A stretch of 33,907 nucleotides of DNA from an uncultured Bifidobacterium sp. (lineage in GTDB: Bacteria > Pseudomonadota > Gammaproteobacteria > Burkholderiales > Burkholderiaceae_D): the NCBI GenBank assembly GCA_964559785.1, contig CAZLJL010000001.1:1-33907 (forward strand). Direction: 5' to 3'. Positions 9,042 to 17,123 of this stretch are shown in pieces. The notes beneath the pieces were generated by a model. That model did not search any database and was not told the DNA's origin. It saw only the letters and a list, made by a program, of their open reading frames with translations. Every line of letters starts with the position of its first letter. Position 1 is the first letter of the stretch. A program made the position numbers and the translations under genes.

Positions 9042-9623
9042 ATGGATAGCACCACGACCGCGGACGATCAACGACCTATGCAATACACAGGTACTGCCAA
9101 GGTTTTGCACTGGCTGATGGCACTGCTCATCGTCGGTCTGTTCGCACTCGGCCAGTACATGAGTGATCTGTCAATGTCACCGCGCAAGCTGCAGCTGTAC
9201 TCCTGGCACAAATGGATCGGCGTCACGGCATTTCTGCTGCTGCTGGTGCGCATGGGCTGGCGCCTCACACATCAACCACCCGCACTACCGACACAGATGC
9301 CACCACTGCTTCGGTTCGCATCCCATATTAGTCATGGTGCGCTTTATCTGCTGATGCTGGCGATTCCATTATCCGGCTGGCTGATGAGTTCGGCCAAGGG
9401 CTATCAGACCGTATGGTTCGGCGTGCTGCCAATTCCGGATCTGCTCGGCAAAGATAAACAGCTTGGCGACGCACTGGCTGAGGTCCATGGTGCGCTCAAT
9501 AGTGTGCTGGCGCTGGTGGTACTGATCCATGTCGCCGCCGCATTGAAGCATCATTTCATCGACCGCGATGATGTACTCCGACGAATACTACCCGCTCGCA
9601 AACAAGAATCCCAACCGCAGTAA
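9042..9623 (+). CDS. Cytochrome b561 (YceJ/CybB-like)
   Basis: Four TM helices with heme His motifs LHW, WHKWIG, AEVHG, HVAAALKHH. Confidence 0.92.
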   Translation: MDSTTTADDQRPMQYTGTAKVLHWLMALLIVGLFALGQYMSDLSMSPRKLQLYSWHKWIGVTAFLLLLVRMGWRLTHQPPALPTQMPPLLRFASHISHGALYLLMLAIPLSGWLMSSAKGYQTVWFGVLPIPDLLGKDKQLGDALAEVHGALNSVLALVVLIHVAAALKHHFIDRDDVLRRILPARKQESQPQ

Positions 9624-9648
9624 AACCTTCACCTCTGGAGAAATAACA

Positions 9649-10227
9649 ATGAAGACTATGACTCGCTTGATCACCACCCTTGCACTCAGCAGCGCGATGA
9701 TTGCACCCGCACTTGCAGCGCCTGTGACTTACGGCGTAGAAGCTAACCATACTTTCCCGCGCTTTTCTTATACCCACCTCGGTTTCAGCACACAGCAGTC
9801 GCGCTTCGACAAAACAACCGGCTCGGTAGTATTCGACAAGGAAGGGCGCACCGGCTCGGTGGACATCACCATCGATACGCGTTCGGTGAATACCGGCTCG
9901 GCGCTGTTTAATCAGCATATCCAAGCGGAAGATTTTCTGGATACGGCCAAGTTCCCGACTGTGACCTTCAAATCGACCAAGGTCGTATTCGACGGTGACA
10001 AGCCCGCCAGCATCGAAGGCGATCTCACCATGAAAGGCATTACCAAGCGCGTCACTCTGACCGTCACACGCTTCCTCGCAGCACCGCACCCGATTCAAAA
10101 GAAAGACACGGTCGGTGCCGATGCTTACACTATCGTCAAGCGTACTGACTTCAACATGGGTAAGTACGCACCTGCGGTCAGCGATGAGGTCCGCATTGAT
10201 ATCGCGATCGAAGCGCTGAAGCAGTAA
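9649..10227 (+). CDS. YceI-family periplasmic lipocalin-like polyisoprenoid-binding protein
   Basis: Signal peptide MKTMTRL...ALA, HTFPRFSYTHLGFS, DFLDTAKFPTVTFKST, GDLTMKGITKRV, RTDFNM; GGAG RBS before ATG 9649. Confidence 0.92.
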   Translation: MKTMTRLITTLALSSAMIAPALAAPVTYGVEANHTFPRFSYTHLGFSTQQSRFDKTTGSVVFDKEGRTGSVDITIDTRSVNTGSALFNQHIQAEDFLDTAKFPTVTFKSTKVVFDGDKPASIEGDLTMKGITKRVTLTVTRFLAAPHPIQKKDTVGADAYTIVKRTDFNMGKYAPAVSDEVRIDIAIEALKQ

Positions 10228-10245
10228 TCATTCACGCTCACTAGC

Positions 10246-10277
10246 AAAAACGCCCGCGCGATGCGGGCGTTTTTTTT
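10246..10277. terminator. Bidirectional intrinsic terminator
   Basis: AAAAACGCCCGC-gcgat-GCGGGCGTTTTTTTT between convergent yceI and rhodanese genes. Confidence 0.9.
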
Positions 10278-10295
10278 GAGTACGACTGTGTAAGC

Positions 10296-10904
10296 TTAGC
10301 GCGGCTCGGGCAAAGTGAATTTTTCTTTCTCGAGCCGATAAGACCAAGGCAAGCCAGCATTCTTCCAGCCATTGACTACGCGCTTGCCGGCATTAGGGCC
10401 CTCTTTCGCAACATCGCCTTCGAAGCCATCGACTACCGTATACACCTGTACAAAGCCGGCCTCTGACAATTGGGTCGCTGCACGTCCCGAACGATCACCC
10501 GAACGACAGATCAGCACGATCGGATCACTCTTGCTCAAGCCCTTGGCATTTGCACGACGGGCGATTTCTTTTTCAAAGTCTTTATTCAGCTCCAACTGAA
10601 AGCGACCAGCCTTCTCGTCCCAGGCAGCATTCGGGGGATGCTCATACATTGGCACATAAGCATCGACATTCGCTGCCACACCGGTGTAGGTAATCTCACC
10701 GCGCGTACGAATATCCACAAACAGCACCTTGTCGCCCTGCTGCTGCTTCATCTCGTAGGCTTCTTTTGCATCCAGATACAAGCCAGGCTTGGTTCTTTTA
10801 CTCGTCGGCACCTGCGCTACATCGAGCGCAAACACTGGCGTCAGACTCGATATCAGGGTCGCACAGAAGAAGCTCGCAGTCATTAATCGATGGATGGTCA
10901 TCAT
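10296..10904 (-). CDS. Exported single-domain rhodanese (sulfurtransferase)
   Basis: Signal peptide (..VFA-L), VDIRT, active-site loop CRSGDRS, DGFEGD, GWKNAGLPW. Confidence 0.88.
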   Translation of the reverse strand: MMTIHRLMTASFFCATLISSLTPVFALDVAQVPTSKRTKPGLYLDAKEAYEMKQQQGDKVLFVDIRTRGEITYTGVAANVDAYVPMYEHPPNAAWDEKAGRFQLELNKDFEKEIARRANAKGLSKSDPIVLICRSGDRSGRAATQLSEAGFVQVYTVVDGFEGDVAKEGPNAGKRVVNGWKNAGLPWSYRLEKEKFTLPEPR

Positions 10905-10928
10905 GCCCTCCCAGTCAATCTCGATCCC

Positions 10929-11939
10929 TTAGGTGGACGCACTATCCGATACCGAACCAGTGCGCTTGACAACGTCTATCTGCGCCTCGAAGGCGCGCAG
11001 ACGCTTGTAAACCGAGATTAGTTCGACAATCGTGCTCCAGCTACGTACCAAGAATTGGAACGACATCTCGACGCGTCCGAAGGCACGCACGATCTGCTGC
11101 ATCACTCCCAGCGTAATGGCACCGGACACCACCGTTGGGCCCAGAGCGATATAAGGCACCAGTACCCCGAATTGCAGATAGCTGAACTTCGCAATATCGA
11201 AATACATGTAATGGAAAAAAAGACGGAAGTAGTTTGTTCTCACATGCGAGAACAGATCTTTGACGATCGGCTCGCTACCGCGCGCCCCATCATCTTCCGC
11301 ATGTACTAACTCTTTGCGATAAGCGGCCTCAACACGCTGGTTATTAAATTCCAGGCCTGGCAGTTTTATACCCACTAGTGCCAACACTACGGTGCCAAAT
11401 AGCGCGAACAAGATCGCGACATAAACTAATGCATGCTCTACTTCACCGAATATCGGCACCTCAGAGACTTTCTTCGAAAGATTCCAGAGGATGGGCAAGA
11501 AAGCGAACAGCGTCATCAAGGAATCCATCATGTTCGAGCCAAGTGATTCCATGATCACCGAGAATCGCTTGGTATCTTCTTGTACACGCTGGCTGGCACC
11601 CTCGATATGGCGCAGTGTTGACCAGTGCGCCATATAGTAGTCATTCATTGCATCACGCCAGCGGAATACCCAGTGCTTGGTAAAAAATGCCAACAATACT
11701 GCGACTAATACATAGGTGCCTGCCAATTTGGCAAAGGTCATGAGAAAACTGAAGAACTCCTCAAGCGTCACATTGCCGGGCTTGGCAAGCGCTTTTTGGA
11801 CCACATCGTAGAAACCACCGAACCAGTCATTGATGGCGACATCAATCTGCACCTGATACCAAGTACCTAGCAAAATAATGGCCGCACCCGGCCAAGACCA
11901 GAGTAACCAGCGACGCGAAAGAAAGAATGAATTGAACAT
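10929..11939 (-). CDS. SbmA/BacA-like inner-membrane transporter (short 336-aa form)
   Basis: VAINDWFGGFYD, FRWRDAMN, IEGASQRVQEDT, LPGLEFNNQRVEAAYRKELV, WSTIVELISVYKRL; no ATPase domain. Confidence 0.88.
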   Translation of the reverse strand: MFNSFFLSRRWLLWSWPGAAIILLGTWYQVQIDVAINDWFGGFYDVVQKALAKPGNVTLEEFFSFLMTFAKLAGTYVLVAVLLAFFTKHWVFRWRDAMNDYYMAHWSTLRHIEGASQRVQEDTKRFSVIMESLGSNMMDSLMTLFAFLPILWNLSKKVSEVPIFGEVEHALVYVAILFALFGTVVLALVGIKLPGLEFNNQRVEAAYRKELVHAEDDGARGSEPIVKDLFSHVRTNYFRLFFHYMYFDIAKFSYLQFGVLVPYIALGPTVVSGAITLGVMQQIVRAFGRVEMSFQFLVRSWSTIVELISVYKRLRAFEAQIDVVKRTGSVSDSAST

Positions 11940-11957
11940 GCCGTGTCTCTTACAGAA

Positions 11958-12941
11958 TTATTTTATTTTGAAATTTTCGCAAGGATCCGATCGCTCTGCC
12001 GGCTGGCTAAACCAGACGACGTCATAGCGACCTTTGAGCGACTGTAACAGCTCTTCGCGCATACCGTCGGCCTCGACAAAACCGACTGCTGTGACGCGCA
12101 AAGCAGGTGTCGTTGCACTCAGCACCTGGGGAACACCGTAGTCCTTGCGAACATGGCCGTTACCGGCAACCAGCAACGACGGCACGCGATCAAGCAGCGC
12201 TTGTGCCATCGAAACATCCGTTGCACGCTGCACCAAGCGCATTGGCTCGATATATCTTTCTGGTAGCTTCCCACAATGACCGTCGATCAGATCCTGGTCC
12301 AACTGTTGGCTCGCAGCTTCTGATAGCGGCGCATTGCGGTAAGTCTGTCCCAGTGGCGCTGATAGCGCAGATGCGCCCTGACTAAATAATTGCTTGGAAA
12401 AGCCTTTCGGTAGATTGCCACCAACCAGCGGCAGCCCCGCGCTACGAATTGCATCGAATAGGGGCGCGTGCAGCGGCCAGCTCCATGCCTGAGGATCGAA
12501 GCCAGCCGCCTGCAGATCGGCAAGTAATGCGCCTTCGCGCACTACCCGTGCGGTCGACGGTAAATGCTCGGCGACTACGGAGAGCTTGTCACGGGCAATC
12601 CGGCGAATCAGCTGCGCTCGCAGTGCATGGTGCTGAGCGTTGTCGTGTAACTCGCCGAGCAAAACGATATCCTGCGATCGGAGCCTGTCAATCAGTACCT
12701 GCTCACTGATTTCTTGGCCGCTGCTCAGATCAATGATCTGTGCGCGAGCTGCCTGCATCGCCCCTAACAGAACACATAGCCAGACTGTCAGCGCACCCAG
12801 CATGGAGGCCCATCCATACAAACTTTGCGCACTGTTTCTATACCTTGGCAGTAAGGGCGTGCCACTCAGATCCGTGCGCTGCACTCCCGACATCGCAGGC
12901 ACGTCAGTAGCAGTTTGGGAAACGCAGTACGCGATGAACAT
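11958..12941 (-). CDS. ChaN-family (haem-binding uptake / TIKI superfamily) exported protein; start uncertain
   Basis: LLGELHDN, GHCG, QRATDVSMA, AGNGHVR, C-terminal DPC; hydrophobic segment ending AARA-Q. Alternative starts at 12893 and 12803. Confidence 0.8.
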   Translation of the reverse strand: MFIAYCVSQTATDVPAMSGVQRTDLSGTPLLPRYRNSAQSLYGWASMLGALTVWLCVLLGAMQAARAQIIDLSSGQEISEQVLIDRLRSQDIVLLGELHDNAQHHALRAQLIRRIARDKLSVVAEHLPSTARVVREGALLADLQAAGFDPQAWSWPLHAPLFDAIRSAGLPLVGGNLPKGFSKQLFSQGASALSAPLGQTYRNAPLSEAASQQLDQDLIDGHCGKLPERYIEPMRLVQRATDVSMAQALLDRVPSLLVAGNGHVRKDYGVPQVLSATTPALRVTAVGFVEADGMREELLQSLKGRYDVVWFSQPAERSDPCENFKIK

Positions 12942-12953
12942 CAGGCTTCCGTG

Positions 12954-13499
12954 TCAAAGTTTACGTTGGCGCGCGAGATCGCAAAGCGCACTCAGTAGCT
13001 TGCGCAGATTCTCGGCAGTCGTATCGTCGATCAACTGACCGCCGGCATCAAATTTTGACGGCGCTGCTGAAATCATCACTTCAGGCTTGTTCAGTAAAAG
13101 CCCGTTGAGATAGACAAATACCTGTCGCAGCTGATACTGGGCGCGCGAGGTACCCAGCCCACCCGGCGTGGCACCGATCAGCGCGATTGGCTTCGCATCG
13201 AAAGGCTGGTCCGGTGGCCTGGACGCCCAGTCAATCGCATTCTTTAGCACACCGGGAAAGGAGTAGTTGTACTCAGGCGTCGCAATGATAAGCGCATCTG
13301 CCGCGCGGATTTGTTCGCGCAACTGCTGTACCGGCTGTGGCAAGCCTTGCGCGCGCAAATCCTCGTTATAGAGCGGGACAGCCGACACATCAGCGAGCGA
13401 TAGCGTAACACCATCAGGCACAAGCGCGGCGCATGCGCGAAGAGCTGCTGTATTCAGCGAGCCTTGGCGCAGGCTGCCGGAAATACCAAGGATATGCAT
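12954..13499 (-). CDS. NAD(P)H-dependent FMN/quinone reductase (ChrR/YieF-like)
   Basis: GISGSLRQGSLN, TPEYNYSFPGVLKNAIDWASR, GTSRAQYQLRQ; start ATG 13499. Confidence 0.92.
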   Translation of the reverse strand: MHILGISGSLRQGSLNTAALRACAALVPDGVTLSLADVSAVPLYNEDLRAQGLPQPVQQLREQIRAADALIIATPEYNYSFPGVLKNAIDWASRPPDQPFDAKPIALIGATPGGLGTSRAQYQLRQVFVYLNGLLLNKPEVMISAAPSKFDAGGQLIDDTTAENLRKLLSALCDLARQRKL

Positions 13500-13607
13500 A
13501 GTAGACCTTCGACATAGATAGTGGCTCAGGATGTCCGCGCTGAGCACCGTGGCGTGTTGCCGTCTCAGACGACAACATTTACTACCTTGAGCTTACCGCG
13601 AAGATAA

Positions 13608-14177
13608 CTAATCTGCGCGCACGCCTTCTACCTGTATGGCCAGTTTGATCTCTGGCGAGAAACGGGGCAAACCGATATTCATACCAAAGTCACTGCGGTC
13701 AAAGCGACCATACGCATCAGCGCCACACACTTCTCGCTTGTGCAGTGGATGAATCAGACATTTGAAATGGGTGACATTCAGCGATAGCGGCTTGGTCACA
13801 CCAAGCAGAGTCATCTCGCCGTCGACACCAACCAGCTTCTCGCCCTCATACTTCAATGTCGTACTTTTGTACGTAATCGTCGGATATTTTGCGACATTGA
13901 ACATTTCATCACCACGCGCTTTGTCGTTCATTTTGGCGTGCCCGAAATCGACAGTGCTGGCATCAATCGTGATCTCGATACTGCCACCGGATTTTGCCGA
14001 GCGGTCGAGTACGATTTTGCCGCCACTCTTGGTGAATTTTCCGCGCCAGATCGATAAACCCATATGGTCCGCTTCGAAGCTGGGATACGTATGACTCGGG
14101 TCGACGTTATAGACCTGGGCCCATGCACCTGTGGCACTCAACAGAAATGCAGCAATGATCAGTCTTTTGATAAGCAT
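13608..14177 (-). CDS. YceI-family protein
   Basis: Signal peptide AWA-Q, YNVDPSHTYPSFEADHMGLSIWRGKF, Cys pair KCLIHPLHKREVCGAD, RSDFGM. Confidence 0.92.
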   Translation of the reverse strand: MLIKRLIIAAFLLSATGAWAQVYNVDPSHTYPSFEADHMGLSIWRGKFTKSGGKIVLDRSAKSGGSIEITIDASTVDFGHAKMNDKARGDEMFNVAKYPTITYKSTTLKYEGEKLVGVDGEMTLLGVTKPLSLNVTHFKCLIHPLHKREVCGADAYGRFDRSDFGMNIGLPRFSPEIKLAIQVEGVRAD

Positions 14178-14209
14178 GAGCTCTACCTTAGGGTTCGTGA
14201 AATGCCTGC

Positions 14210-14755
14210 CTACTGGGCGACGATACGAAACTTGATCAACACCTCATCCGCAACGACACTGGTGTCTTTCCACTCGCCATCGCCAATACCAAAGACCAGA
14301 CGCTTGATCGGGACGCTTCCCTCGAACACTTGCGCTGCGCCTTCTTTCTTCACGGTCAGGGGAAATTGAAGATCGGTCGATTTGCCCTTCAAGGTCAGCT
14401 TGCCACTGACCTCGAGTTTGCCGGCACCTGCACCGCGTATTTTGGTGGAGCTGAACGTCGCCTTTGGAAACTGGACGGCGTGAAACCATTCTTTCTTGCG
14501 CACCTCGGCGCTGTAATCGGGGTCACCCAGATCAAAACTGGCGACGTCAATCTCGACACTCGCTTTAGCATTTTCGGGTTTGGCGGCGTCATACTCCACC
14601 TGTGCGACCAGCTTGTTGAATTTCGCATCAACAGCAACGCCCATTTGCTTGAAGGTGACGCCAACACTGGATTTCACAGCATCGACTTTCAGTGGTGCGG
14701 CGAGCGCGCTGCCCGTCGACAATGCCGCAATAATGAGCGCGAATCGAGCGACCAT
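14210..14755 (-). CDS. YceI-family protein
   Basis: Signal peptide ALA-A, KSSVGVTFKQMGV, EWFHAVQFPKATFSS, GKLTLKG, KRLVFGIGDGEWKD. Confidence 0.92.
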   Translation of the reverse strand: MVARFALIIAALSTGSALAAPLKVDAVKSSVGVTFKQMGVAVDAKFNKLVAQVEYDAAKPENAKASVEIDVASFDLGDPDYSAEVRKKEWFHAVQFPKATFSSTKIRGAGAGKLEVSGKLTLKGKSTDLQFPLTVKKEGAAQVFEGSVPIKRLVFGIGDGEWKDTSVVADEVLIKFRIVAQ

Positions 14756-14883
14756 GATCTCCCTTGTATATGACTAAAGACGCGCAGCGGTTATCGATTT
14801 GAGAAGGCTTCTTATCGCCAAAACCGTCGCTACGCAAAGTCGCTATTGTATACAGGAGTGAAAAATCGTATCCCTTGCCTCGA

Positions 14884-15768
14884 TTACCATCGCCCAGAGG
14901 CCCCGCCACCACCAAAACCGCCACCACCGCCACGGAAACCGCCGCCACCACGTCCGCCATCCCCGCCATCACCACCGCCTCCGCGCCAGCCGCCCAGTGC
15001 GCGAAATCCGCTCAAAGTGAGCACGAATCCCATGAGTGCCGAAAACAGTGCAAACAATAGTAATCCGGTCATGAACCAAACAATCAGACCCAGTGCGCCC
15101 GCAGTAATTAACGCACCTTTGCCACGCCCGAATAGCTTGCGCATTAACGCACCCATGATGATGGCCGCGATAAACACGAGCGGCAGCGCGCCGATGGTAC
15201 CGAGCGATTGTGTATCCGAGAATGGCGGCGGCAGTGCCTCGCCATCCACCACGCGCATCATGGCATCTACACCCGCGCTGATACCACCGTAAAAATCATC
15301 CTGCCGAAACCGCGGCAGTATTTGTTCGTCAATAATGCGTTTGCAGATTGCATCGCTGAGAGCGCCTTCAAGACCATAGCCGACTTCAATGCGTAGCGCC
15401 CGCTCTTCCTTCGCAACAAGCAGGATGGCACCATCATCGACACGCTTACGTCCCAGCTGCCACTGCTCCGCAACACGGATCGTGTACTGCTCGATGGTTT
15501 CAGGCTGGGTTTTCGCGATGATCAGTACCGCAATCTGACTGCCCTTGCGCTGCTCAAACGCTTGCAATCGCGCTTCCAGCGACTGCTTCTGTTCTGATGA
15601 CAGGCTGTTAACGAGATCGACCACGCGACCAGTCAAGGCGGGCACCGCCACCAGCGGCTGCGCCCATACTGGCAAAGGCAAAAACACTAACGACTGCAGA
15701 AATACCAGCGCTACCCACAAGACTACTGAGAGGCTAGCGAGACGACCGCTACTTCTTGGCGGGCGCAC
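14884..15768 (-). CDS. TPM-domain (YgcG-like) membrane protein with Gly-rich tail
   Basis: GRVVD, GSQIAVL, LRIEVGYGLEGALSD, C-terminal GGGGFGGGGASGRW; overlaps lemA by 20 nt. Confidence 0.92.
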   Translation of the reverse strand: MRPPRSSGRLASLSVVLWVALVFLQSLVFLPLPVWAQPLVAVPALTGRVVDLVNSLSSEQKQSLEARLQAFEQRKGSQIAVLIIAKTQPETIEQYTIRVAEQWQLGRKRVDDGAILLVAKEERALRIEVGYGLEGALSDAICKRIIDEQILPRFRQDDFYGGISAGVDAMMRVVDGEALPPPFSDTQSLGTIGALPLVFIAAIIMGALMRKLFGRGKGALITAGALGLIVWFMTGLLLFALFSALMGFVLTLSGFRALGGWRGGGGDGGDGGRGGGGFRGGGGGFGGGGASGRW

Positions 15769-16354
15769 TAAAATCTACCGCTGGCGCCGTTGAGATCGCC
15801 GCCTCGTTGCTCACTGAAAAACTCGGCTTCATTTGCATGCCGAACAGCATCGCAGTCAGATTGGTGGGGAAAGAGCGCACGATGACGTTATAGTCTTGTA
15901 CCGATTTTATGTAGCGATTACGTGCTACGGTAATTCGATTCTCGGTACCCTCAAGTTGCGCTTGTAACTCTCGAAAACTGGCATCGGCTTTTAGCTGTGG
16001 GTAGTTTTCGCTGACCGCCAGCAATCGTGATAATGCGCCCGAGAGTTGCCCCTGTGCTGATTGAAAACGAGCAAACGCTTGTGGATCATTCAGCACATCA
16101 GGGCTCACTTGTATCGCGCCAACGCGCGCGCGTGCCTCCGTCACCTGCGTCAATACCTGATTCTCATGCGCGGCATACGCTTTCACCGTATTGACCAGAT
16201 TCGGCACCAGATCTGCACGGCGCTGGTACTGATTAACCACCTCGGCCCAACTTGCCTTGATCTGTTCATCACCTGACTGAAGGCTGTTATAGCCGCAAGC
16301 GCTGAGCAGTAGTGTCATTAGAAAAATCATCGGCCATCTAATTCTTCTATGCAT
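15749..16354 (-). CDS. lemA: LemA-family lipoprotein
   Basis: Lipobox LSAC, NQYQRRADLVPNLV, ENYPQLKA, LEGTENRITVAR. Confidence 0.93.
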   Translation of the reverse strand: MHRRIRWPMIFLMTLLLSACGYNSLQSGDEQIKASWAEVVNQYQRRADLVPNLVNTVKAYAAHENQVLTQVTEARARVGAIQVSPDVLNDPQAFARFQSAQGQLSGALSRLLAVSENYPQLKADASFRELQAQLEGTENRITVARNRYIKSVQDYNVIVRSFPTNLTAMLFGMQMKPSFSVSNEAAISTAPAVDFSAPAKK

Positions 16355-16541
16355 ATGCCCTCCGGATCAAACAAATTTACTGGATGCTAACGTCGTCTTC
16401 ATCCAGCGATTTGGTGCTTGAACAACGATCACGACTATTCATCAGATTCTTGCTTGAACTACGGTATCCAAGCTTTTCATGAAATCCTTACGCGAGCCAA
16501 TCTCTCTCACCTTTGTATCAGACGTCGAAAGTAAACCGGGT

Positions 16542-17123
16542 TCAATCAAGTTGAATCGTGATGCGCAACATGGTTTTTACTGGCTGTCCATCCTGACGGC
16601 CAGGGATGAATCGCGCAGACCGAAAGCGGTTGCGCAAGTCTTCTAGCAGCATGGGCGTGAGCGAAGGCATGTCGACAATCAGATCATCGACATCTCCAAA
16701 CTCGTTGATCAATAGCATTGCCGATATCGCCGGCATGTCTGTACCGAACAAGTACCACTCGGGATCAATATCGGCCCAGAGCTGGGGACGCTCGCTCAGC
16801 ACCGAGGCAGGGAAGTAGGTACCCATCGCTTGCGCGATATGCGTATCGGTCCCACCGAGGTGATCTTGGTAGAAATCTGCACTATCCGTACCATCCGAAC
16901 CTTCCAGTGCTACGGCTGTTGAAGGCGCGGGTGAATACCTTGGCTTGAAGGATCTTCTTTCGCGCACTGAACTACCGGTATGCGCTGCGATGCTGTCGCC
17001 GTAAAGTTGAATCGCTACGGTATCGCCCCCGATGAATCGCCAACGATGGGCGTAATTCAGCAGCGCGCCAAAACTAGCTGATGACACCAAAACAGCCAGC
17101 ACTACACTACCCAGCACTCTCAC
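16542..17123 (-). CDS. Membrane-anchored protein with TonB C-terminal-like domain
   Basis: N-terminal hydrophobic anchor; C-terminus LLINEFGDVDDL...ARFIPGRQDGQPVKT resembles TonB-C; GTG overlaps the pilY1 TAG by 1 nt. Confidence 0.6.
   Translation of the reverse strand: MRVLGSVVLAVLVSSASFGALLNYAHRWRFIGGDTVAIQLYGDSIAAHTGSSVRERRSFKPRYSPAPSTAVALEGSDGTDSADFYQDHLGGTDTHIAQAMGTYFPASVLSERPQLWADIDPEWYLFGTDMPAISAMLLINEFGDVDDLIVDMPSLTPMLLEDLRNRFRSARFIPGRQDGQPVKTMLRITIQLD

Noticed and set aside
14846-15292. Pro-rich plus-strand ORF resembling TonB or extensin
   Set aside because: Antisense of the Gly-rich TPM tail.
16380-16406. CTGGATG...CATCCAG inverted repeat upstream of lemA
   Set aside because: Only 7 bp with a 13-nt loop and no U-tract; could be chance.
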